This document shows positions 35,145 through 41,491 of a DNA stretch of 41,491 nucleotides, one piece after another. The first letter of the stretch is position 1. Each line of letters starts with the position of its first letter. The translations under genes were made by a program, and so were the position numbers. Source of the stretch: a virus (Duplodnaviria; Caudoviricetes). The notes under the pieces are model-generated. The model saw only the letters and a list, made by a program, of their open reading frames with translations, was not told the origin of the DNA and made no database searches. The DNA lies in the IMG/VR virus record IMGVR_UViG_3300033067_001056, positions 1 through 41,491 of that record; one strand, 5' to 3'.

Positions 35145-36955
35145 TCCATCTCCTCTAGGTCGTGCCAGTTGGGGCCGACGAAGCCATCGCTGAGAAATGG
35201 TACGTCAAAGCGCGGGGCATTCATGTGCTGGCGCAGAACAGCCATTTCTACTTCATAGTCCTCGGCCGGTGCGCTGATATTTATTTCGTCATGCACTAGC
35301 GCGAGCATAGATGTGTCGGGTGCCTTTTCTTTATACCAGTCGATAGTACTTTGTTTAGTCTGGTCTGCAGCAGAGCCTTGGATAAGATAATTAAGGAGCT
35401 TGTATGAGAAGTCAACCATTCGGCCCTTAATTTCACGGTCAGGCTCCTTGTAGTAAATCCGACCGCCCCATGTTCTGATGAAACCACCTTGACGTCCACG
35501 CCTTTGGGTGTCTTGTGCCAATTCCTTAAATTCAGGCATCGCACCAAAGTAAATCTGTTTGAGGCGCGCGCCTTCTTCTTTAGTTGCAAGGCGCAGCTTG
35601 TCAGTAATCGCCTGCGCTCCACCACCGTAGAGAATTTGAAAGCCCGTTTCTTTGATATGCTTACGGGGAAGGTCGTTACCCGTAAGATCGGCAACCACTT
35701 GACGGACGAAGTCATGAGGATCAGTAGTTGGGTCTTTGTTGAACGCATCATGGAGTTGTCCTTCGGCAAAGTGGGCGGCAATCCGCATTTCCTGCGCCTT
35801 AAAGTCACGCTTGAGCCAGACGTGACCCTCTTCTGGTAGCAGGTATTCGCGCATATACGGAAGAGCCGGCCACCCATCAGGCTGCCACTGGGACTCGGTC
35901 ATCACGTTTGTGAAGTTGGGTTCCATGGATGATAGTCTGCCTGTCCGCGCCCCCGCAAGGTCGCGGGTTGACTTATCACCACGAACTTGGTTCCACTGCG
36001 TGTGTACCCTTCCATCAGCTCTTGCATATTCAAGCCACGGCCCCATGAATGTACCGAGGGCAGTGTTGAGTGCAGAACGGTAATTGAGCTTCGTGAGGAA
36101 TTCTTGGTCCTGGATGACTTGTAGCAGATTCTTACGCGCCACAGATCTCTTGCCCGTAGGAGTCTTGATCCATTCTTCTGGCTTGACCATTCCTAAAGCT
36201 TCCATGGCGTCGGCCAGTTCGGCATCTTTATCCATGTCAAACTCTCTGCCAAGCCGCCGGAAAAACCAACGGTCAACCTTAGCAGCAAGATCAGTATATT
36301 TTTCATAGTCTGGCCCTAGCCGTTCAACGTCAACGCGGATACCCTTTCGGCTTGATTCGATCAATATCGGCATCAAGTGCTGCTCGCGCCGGTACGCCTC
36401 AAGCATACCATTGTCGAGTATCTGCTTGTGCAGGTAGTCGTGGAGAGCCTTGGTGCGGTCGGTATCGCCACAGGCGTAGCACCCAACCAGATCGCCAGGA
36501 GCAAGGGCGATGTAGGCACCGAAGTTCTTTTCAGTTGCTCCGGTTACGTGACTGAGAATCCAATGCTTGAGCTCGTCTTGCTCATCTGGCGCTAGTCCTA
36601 ATATGCGCTCGGCGCTCGGCTTTAGCGCCATGCTCGCGGCGTAGGGGTCGGTAAGGAATATGGAAAACTGCGTGTCATAAATCCGCAGCGGGTCGCGGAA
36701 CTTAAAGCCGTGAAACTTGGCCGCTATGCTGAGGTCAAAGCTGGCATTGTGAAACAGCAACTCATGCGAGCTCGCCCAACATTTCTTGAGCGCCTTTACC
36801 GCTTCGACTTCGGTGCAGTTGTTACCGGATGGGTGACCCCACGCATAGTATCTGGAAGGCTCATCATCGTACTTGATTGATACTCCGACTGGAGTAGGTG
36901 GGTTGACAATAGGATTGCCAACGATGGCGTGTGTTTCATAGTCTACTGTGATCAT
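35141..36955 (-). CDS. DNA polymerase, family A, with 3'-5' exonuclease
   Basis: Exo VDYET, HNASFD, YACGD. TGRLSS, motif A DFKAQEMR, motif B RKHIKETGFQILYG, motif C VHDE. Confidence 0.95.
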   Translation of the reverse strand: MITVDYETHAIVGNPIVNPPTPVGVSIKYDDEPSRYYAWGHPSGNNCTEVEAVKALKKCWASSHELLFHNASFDLSIAAKFHGFKFRDPLRIYDTQFSIFLTDPYAASMALKPSAERILGLAPDEQDELKHWILSHVTGATEKNFGAYIALAPGDLVGCYACGDTDRTKALHDYLHKQILDNGMLEAYRREQHLMPILIESSRKGIRVDVERLGPDYEKYTDLAAKVDRWFFRRLGREFDMDKDAELADAMEALGMVKPEEWIKTPTGKRSVARKNLLQVIQDQEFLTKLNYRSALNTALGTFMGPWLEYARADGRVHTQWNQVRGDKSTRDLAGARTGRLSSMEPNFTNVMTESQWQPDGWPALPYMREYLLPEEGHVWLKRDFKAQEMRIAAHFAEGQLHDAFNKDPTTDPHDFVRQVVADLTGNDLPRKHIKETGFQILYGGGAQAITDKLRLATKEEGARLKQIYFGAMPEFKELAQDTQRRGRQGGFIRTWGGRIYYKEPDREIKGRMVDFSYKLLNYLIQGSAADQTKQSTIDWYKEKAPDTSMLALVHDEINISAPAEDYEVEMAVLRQHMNAPRFDVPFLSDGFVGPNWHDLEEME

Positions 36956-36969
36956 GTCTTGACCCTATA

Positions 36970-37046
36970 AAGTGAGCATCCGAGGGAGGCAGCGATTTGG
37001 CCGCTGCCGTGACCAAAATGCCTCCCTCTTCCGCTCTAGTTCACTT
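36970..37046 (-). other. Structured intergenic leader upstream of the DNA polymerase
   Basis: IR GAGGGAGGCA 36982..36991 / TGCCTCCCTC 37019..37028, with further outer and inner pairings. Confidence 0.45.
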
Positions 37047-37056
37047 CGAAACTACG

Positions 37057-37938
37057 TTAGTACTTCTTCTTCCCCGAAGACTGGGGTGCTTCTTGCTGCT
37101 CGGTCCAGGGTTCAAACGGGGCCGTGGCGAGGACGTTGGCCTCGTCACGGCGTGCTTGAATTGCCCTGATTACATCTTTGCTCGGAATTGCGCCGACGCC
37201 GTCGAAAGTCACACGGTACTGGCTGCGCGGATCAGGCACCACGCCGAGCTTCGTTACAACTGCGTAGAAAGGAAGGTTGGTGCTCGCCGCCAGCTTGTTG
37301 ATGTATGTGGCCCAGTTCGCAACGGACATAACCGGAATATCCAGCGATGCCATTTCGGCTTTTGCCACATCTTCGGCGCTGTTGATCGCATCGCGTGGGA
37401 TAACCACGATGCGGCGCTTTTCCTTGCACGCTTTTCCCTTGCCGCCGTTGGGGTCGGACTTCCACTGCCCCATCGCGCAAGTAGCGCAGTTCCCCTCCTC
37501 GCCCGTATTTTCGGGTCTGTTGCCGGTAGTCACCGCATGAGCTTCCATGTGCGGCTGCACGAGTACACCTTTCTCGTTCGGCTCAGCCAGCCCTACGGCG
37601 AAGCACTTCGGTGGCCGTGGGTTGTCGGCATTGAACCGGTCAATGTAGAAGGTGTTGATGTATGCGGCTGATACCACCACCACATCCATCTGGTTGTCTG
37701 GCATATTGTTGCCTTCGTATGCCAGAATGCCGCCGCGAATACTGAGCTTGGAAGTCTGCGGCCTTTCGGTCGCAGCTTCAGCTTTTGCGGATGCTGCGAG
37801 TTCACGTTGGAACTCTGGATCGAACGCTGCGAGCCCTCCGGCTGCTAGGGGTGCTAGTGCGGTACTAGCCGCAGGTTCTGACGCCTCTGATGTGGTCTTA
37901 GAGGCCTGCGCTGCGGTCTTTGGTTGTGCCTTTGCCAT
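37057..37938 (-). CDS. Conserved replication-module protein, possible ssDNA-binding/annealing protein with Cys ligands
   Basis: Start re-called at MAKAQPK. PPKCF, CATC..GQWKS, GKGKACK motifs; upstream of the polymerase. Confidence 0.7.
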   Translation of the reverse strand: MAKAQPKTAAQASKTTSEASEPAASTALAPLAAGGLAAFDPEFQRELAASAKAEAATERPQTSKLSIRGGILAYEGNNMPDNQMDVVVVSAAYINTFYIDRFNADNPRPPKCFAVGLAEPNEKGVLVQPHMEAHAVTTGNRPENTGEEGNCATCAMGQWKSDPNGGKGKACKEKRRIVVIPRDAINSAEDVAKAEMASLDIPVMSVANWATYINKLAASTNLPFYAVVTKLGVVPDPRSQYRVTFDGVGAIPSKDVIRAIQARRDEANVLATAPFEPWTEQQEAPQSSGKKKY

Positions 37939-37939
37939 G

Positions 37940-38323
37940 TTATAAGCCTTTACGAGAGAGTTTAGTGATGGGGAACTTAATAACGCCTGGAACGTCCACC
38001 CCATTTTCCCATCGAGCTTGAACTGCTGCCTTGCCAAGCCGATTTTCTAACAGGTCGAACTCACCAGTTTTCTGTATGTAATCACGTAGATCACTCCAGT
38101 TTTGAATGGTGGGTGTGAACTCCTCTTTCAAGGTGAACACCGCACCACTGTATCCGGCTGCTGACAAGCCAGCCTTTTGCATCGCCTCCATGAGCCTTGC
38201 CTTCAGCCCCTTGGCAATGTCTTCCTGCTCCTTAGCCGCTTTGTTCATGGCAAGCCGCTTTTGATCTGCTCGGTCAAAAGATTCGGCAAGTTTCGCAAGG
38301 GCTACTGCACTGTCATCTGACAC
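37940..38323 (-). CDS. Conserved phage protein (coiled coil plus NWSDLRDYI...FDLLENRL; possibly Gam-like)
   Basis: AAGGAG RBS, GTG start; motif common in polA-linked phage replication modules. Confidence 0.7.
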   Translation of the reverse strand: MSDDSAVALAKLAESFDRADQKRLAMNKAAKEQEDIAKGLKARLMEAMQKAGLSAAGYSGAVFTLKEEFTPTIQNWSDLRDYIQKTGEFDLLENRLGKAAVQARWENGVDVPGVIKFPITKLSRKGL

Positions 38324-38526
38324 GTATGCTCCTTCAGCAGTAAATCGTTGATGCTGCTCAAGATAGGGTGACCATCGAAGTACGTCACTAGGTCTGGCCC
38401 CGCCGTTTCTCCACGTGCCCCGACAACCTTTACTTCCATGAAATCAATTGGCTGTAAGTGCATCGGGTCGTAGAAATACTTCACACGAAATTGCAGTCCT
38501 TCGTGCGTGACTGTCTTTTCAAACAT
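38302..38526 (-). CDS. Hypothetical protein
   Basis: Start re-called at MFEKTV after AAGGAG. Extended -10 TGGTATAAT about 30 bp upstream. Confidence 0.65.
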   Translation of the reverse strand: MFEKTVTHEGLQFRVKYFYDPMHLQPIDFMEVKVVGARGETAGPDLVTYFDGHPILSSINDLLLKEHTCQMTVQ

Positions 38527-38566
38527 TCGTATCTCCTTGGGTACTGCACAACCCATTATACCACGT

Positions 38567-38764
38567 TCACAGCCAGACCATGCCGACTGCAATGGGGTCG
38601 AAGTCATAATCTTGGAAGTTCCCTCCGGGTTGCTCCAGAATAATGAGGTCTCCGACTTGCGCGGGGAGAGTTTTCACGAGCAGCACGCCGGATGCGGTGG
38701 AGACTTGATCACCCACCTGCACTAGCACGCGCGGAAGCTTGCTCGACTGATAGTAGAGTTGCAT
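38567..38764 (-). CDS. Hypothetical protein
   Basis: GGAGG RBS, 65 aa. Confidence 0.55.
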   Translation of the reverse strand: MQLYYQSSKLPRVLVQVGDQVSTASGVLLVKTLPAQVGDLIILEQPGGNFQDYDFDPIAVGMVWL

Positions 38765-38984
38765 CTTTAGTACCTCCGATGTAAGAAAGGAAGAATGTAA
38801 ACATTACCGGCGAAACGCCGACAATGGCCGTGATAAACCCGAGTTGAGTGGCACTAGGGTCAGCAAGCCCCATGAACCAGAATGCTGCCTTGGCGACGAG
38901 CAGGGCGTACCCAAGGATTAAGATGTGGGCCGTGAGCTTCAGCTCAGTGAACTGCGCTAGGCGATCAGAGAAGTGGATGCTCAT
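38709..38984 (-). CDS. Two-TM membrane protein (holin-like)
   Basis: Two hydrophobic helices joined by WFMGLADPSATQ. ATGA-coupled to the upstream gene. Confidence 0.65.
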   Translation of the reverse strand: MSIHFSDRLAQFTELKLTAHILILGYALLVAKAAFWFMGLADPSATQLGFITAIVGVSPVMFTFFLSYIGGTKDATLLSVEQASARASAGG

Positions 38985-39358
38985 GCTTGCTTCGCCTTGT
39001 CGTATTCAGCGAGGGCAGAAAACAGTTCTTGCTCGTTTGCTTCGGTGGTACTTTTCCTGAATGCTTGTGCCGCCGCGATCACCCGCTGAGAGCGTTCGTG
39101 TTGTGCAGATTTGACAAGTTTTGTACCAACATCGAGCGTGACATAAGGCGCGGTTTGCACAATCACTAGCCATTCGCCACAGCCAAGCATGCCATTAGGA
39201 ACATTGTTGTTGACGACAGTAACTACGGCGTTACGAGAGGCTATTTGCTGCCGCCTTTGCTCAGCAAGCGATTGCCCTAACTGATCTAGCTCCGCACTTA
39301 CCTTGCCCGTAGAGAAGTATGTTTCTATGTCTGATTTCAGCCCTTCCCAATCAACCAT
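38981..39358 (-). CDS. Small modular phage protein (VDWEGLK family)
   Basis: VDWEGLK, RVIAAA and ALAEYDKAKQ boxes. Confidence 0.75.
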   Translation of the reverse strand: MVDWEGLKSDIETYFSTGKVSAELDQLGQSLAEQRRQQIASRNAVVTVVNNNVPNGMLGCGEWLVIVQTAPYVTLDVGTKLVKSAQHERSQRVIAAAQAFRKSTTEANEQELFSALAEYDKAKQA

Positions 39359-39695
39359 GATTGTTCTCCTTCTGGCTGGCTGTGATCCAAAAATCTTTCC
39401 CGCGCATTGGTTTATCTGGTGCTAGCCGGATTGCGCGGTCTGCGGCGATGACAGCGCGTGCAAAACTAATTGCGCTGAATCTCATGCCTAATAGCGTATC
39501 TGCAAGATGCAGTATTTCCTCCTCCGACAACTCCCGCGCCTGTGGTGCTGTCACTTGTTGTTGGCGAAGTTTGGCGTTTTCCTTGAATAGCAACTCATAA
39601 GCCTCCTCAATAGACTCAATCTCATCAGCGGCTAGATCACAAAGCGGGACGCCTGATTGCGCCATGCTGCGAAGATCATCTATATAAATGCTCAT
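39351..39695 (-). CDS. Small modular phage protein
   Basis: QQQVTAPQARELS, AVIAADRAIR and ASQKEN boxes. Confidence 0.7.
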   Translation of the reverse strand: MSIYIDDLRSMAQSGVPLCDLAADEIESIEEAYELLFKENAKLRQQQVTAPQARELSEEEILHLADTLLGMRFSAISFARAVIAADRAIRLAPDKPMRGKDFWITASQKENNHG

Positions 39696-40376
39696 TTAGC
39701 ACCTCGCGCAATCTGGCCCATCTTGCAGCCCGTGAATTGGACAGTCGTAGCGTTCTACTTCTTCTGCTGGATTAAGAAGGGCGTTTAGTTGGTGAATTGC
39801 CGCCCTTACCCCGTCGTCAAACCTGTCGTTATATTTCTTCTCCCATTCGCAATCCGGTAAGCGCAGATCAATAATTTTTAGTCTGCATTCTTCGATTACT
39901 GTTGCGCGATCCAACTGTGCTTGCTGGTCTGCTTGTCGAAGGATGGCGTTAGCGATGTTCTGTAATTCAGATGCAAGCATCACCACTCTCGCGGCTTGGG
40001 ATTGTCTCGCGGCTTGCCAACCTGCCCATGCGTCATTAATCGACGGAAGCACATACTCGTCGGTCGTTGAATTTTTGCGTGTCAGGTGCGGATTGTTTCC
40101 GCAATGAACTTCCTCAAACTGTTCGCGCTCGCTCATTTCGTTTTCCTTTGTCATGTCGGTATCTCGCTCTGTTGGAGCGCCTTCACCAGCGCCATGCACT
40201 CGGACACATTGAACTTGCCGATGTGCTTGCTGGTCTGCTTGTGCGCGAAGGGCGGCAATAGACTCGGTAGCAAGCCTAATTAAGGTGCTATCTAACGGAC
40301 CTTGGCTCCCCGTCATTTCTTTCCATGCCTGAATCCAATCTTCCCATTCGGCAATCAGCGTTTCCAGTGTGTTCAT
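39696..40376 (-). CDS. Modular phage protein (MNTLETLIA family), possible fusion of two genes
   Basis: Two QADQQA boxes, internal RBS+ATG at 40136, C-terminal CPIH...CARC. Confidence 0.7.
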   Translation of the reverse strand: MNTLETLIAEWEDWIQAWKEMTGSQGPLDSTLIRLATESIAALRAQADQQAHRQVQCVRVHGAGEGAPTERDTDMTKENEMSEREQFEEVHCGNNPHLTRKNSTTDEYVLPSINDAWAGWQAARQSQAARVVMLASELQNIANAILRQADQQAQLDRATVIEECRLKIIDLRLPDCEWEKKYNDRFDDGVRAAIHQLNALLNPAEEVERYDCPIHGLQDGPDCARC

Positions 40377-40648
40377 GGCTTTTCCTTTGCGGCTGCGCGG
40401 ATTACTGTTTTACAGATATTTATTCCGCGATTTATATAACGCTCAATAAGAGTTTCGCTTTTTGAGAATTGCTGGTCGCAAATCACCGCACATTCCTCGT
40501 AATGCTTGGCACGCAGCCCCGCTATCTCCGCATCCCTGGCGGCGAGTTCGTTTGATACCTCATAAATCAATTGGCAATAGGAACTGAATTTGGGGGTTTC
40601 AATCAAGATTTCGGCCAGCCGATCAAGGCGTTTGATTAAGTCGCTCAT
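40373..40648 (-). CDS. Hypothetical protein
   Basis: 91 aa, ATGA-coupled at both ends. Confidence 0.7.
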   Translation of the reverse strand: MSDLIKRLDRLAEILIETPKFSSYCQLIYEVSNELAARDAEIAGLRAKHYEECAVICDQQFSKSETLIERYINRGINICKTVIRAAAKEKP

Positions 40649-41112
40649 TGCTTCGCCTTGTCGTATCCACCAACCGAAAGCGTAAATCGGTTGATTGCGG
40701 CGTCTAAGTTGCCGACATCACAGATTGCCCCCGCTTTACCTGACAACACTCGACAGGCGGCATTTGCGGCATTTGCTAACGTCAATGCGTCATCCCGCAA
40801 ATTCTCTGCCGCCTTGATCATCCGCTGATCCCGTTCGTGTCTCTCGTCAAGTAACTTGATCGTTTCATCACGGCATGAGATTCCATCCGTGTTTTCATCA
40901 GGCATATAGAACCGATTGCCAGCGTCATCAGTAGCCCACATTTCCAGACGTTCGCGCAGCCGGAGCAACTCGGCCTGATCCTTTTCGTGGGCGGCCATAT
41001 AGCCAGCAATCCAAAAATCTTCGTTGGAACTACATCCCGCCCCCGGATCAGCATCGCTCATAAGCCATGCGTCGTATTTCGCTTTCAGCCCTTCCCAATC
41101 AACCTTATCCAT
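40645..41112 (-). CDS. Small modular phage protein (VDWEGLK family)
   Basis: VDWEGLKA, HERDQRMIKAAE and YDKAKQ boxes. Confidence 0.75.
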   Translation of the reverse strand: MDKVDWEGLKAKYDAWLMSDADPGAGCSSNEDFWIAGYMAAHEKDQAELLRLRERLEMWATDDAGNRFYMPDENTDGISCRDETIKLLDERHERDQRMIKAAENLRDDALTLANAANAACRVLSGKAGAICDVGNLDAAINRFTLSVGGYDKAKQ

Positions 41113-41491
41113 TGCTAGGCTCCTGTGCGGCTGCGATCACATAGTTGCGTAGTGCGGCCAAGTAACCCTCGCCAAAATAATCGAAGTTGTTTTCAACTGG
41201 CCTAGCATTATCCTTTTTCAACTTGCCCCATTCGTCCGCGATTTCATCGGGAATGCGAATGCCTTTTGGGAGTGGCTTAAGCACCATCCCTGCCGCTGGC
41301 CGGATTGCGCGGAGTTCTTGAAGTTCGGCTTGGATGCTTGCACAATTTTCTACCGAACAACAGGGGATAAACTCCCGCGCCTGTGGTGCTGTCACTTGTT
41401 GTTGGCGAAGGGCAGCAAGAACGGCGGTAAATTCATCAACGTCCGATTGCCATAGCGTATTAATTGGATCGTCGCCATCGTCGGTTATATT
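41105..41491 (-). CDS. Modular phage protein, 5'-truncated at the window end (paralog/allele of 803..1243)
   Basis: Frame open to 41491: NITDDGDDPINTLWQSDVDEFTAVLAALRQ, identical to the 803..1243 product, then QQVTAPQARE and IRPAAG boxes. Confidence 0.75.
   Translation of the reverse strand, partial: NITDDGDDPINTLWQSDVDEFTAVLAALRQQQVTAPQAREFIPCCSVENCASIQAELQELRAIRPAAGMVLKPLPKGIRIPDEIADEWGKLKKDNARPVENNFDYFGEGYLAALRNYVIAAAQEPSNG
41402..41491 (+). repeat. Direct repeat of 1091..1180
   Basis: 89/90 identical; the last 77 bp are exact. Confidence 0.95.

Larger units (their letters stand above)
1..41491. mobile_element. Tailed dsDNA bacteriophage genome (podovirus-like, near complete)
   Basis: Ordered TerS-TerL-portal-scaffold-MCP-adaptor-nozzle-ejection-fibre-lysis module on +, replication/modification module on -. 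No host housekeeping genes, tape measure or recognisable integrase. Confidence 0.97.

Noticed and set aside
36956-37056. tRNA gene
   Set aside because: Stems are present, but I could not build a cloverleaf with D and T loops or a CCA end.
38981-41491. CRISPR array or diversity-generating retroelement as the explanation for the repeats
   Set aside because: The repeats are several different coding boxes with irregular spacing rather than one repeat with uniform spacers. No reverse transcriptase or adenine-specific TR/VR pair was seen.
41402-41491. Physical direct terminal repeat
   Set aside because: The matching copy is internal (1091-1180) and mid-gene, and the exact part is k-mer sized. An assembly overlap is more plausible.

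Overview
The window is a near-complete (~40 kb) tailed dsDNA phage genome with podovirus-type architecture. A SAR-type endolysin and Rz/Rz1 spanins point to a Gram-negative host. No integrase or tape-measure gene was recognised, so it is probably lytic and short-tailed. The plus strand (7.2-27.2 kb) carries TerS, TerL, portal, scaffold, major capsid, decoration, adaptor, nozzle, ejection proteins, tail fibre, the lysis cassette and a second receptor-binding protein. The minus strand (27.3-41.5 kb and 0.3-4.2 kb) carries DNA ligase, a thymidine-modification cluster, SNF2 helicase, VRR-NUC, a Cas4-like nuclease, family A DNA polymerase and a primase-helicase. The modification cluster comprises DUF3310, a dUMP-hydroxymethylase-type thymidylate synthase, an aGPT-Pplase1/5-hmdU DNA kinase-family protein and a TET/JBP-associated-type glycosyltransferase. 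A ~1 kb non-coding control region (5.46-6.4 kb) holds origin-like iterons, hairpins, GAGCGAAGCGA repeats and sigma54-like sites. Highlights: (1) a compact hmdU + kinase-family + glycosyltransferase module suggesting a sugar-bearing (base J-like) thymidine hypermodification; (2) an array of small genes built from shared 15-90 bp boxes flanking variable inserts; (3) a 47-bp dispersed inverted repeat bracketing the modification cluster; (4) a Tat-signal peptide whose C-terminus resembles the phage's own capsid N-terminus; (5) a window end identical over exactly 77 bp to 1104-1180, suggesting a lariat assembly of a circular genome plus an alternative allele. All family assignments come from motif recognition by eye, not database searches.
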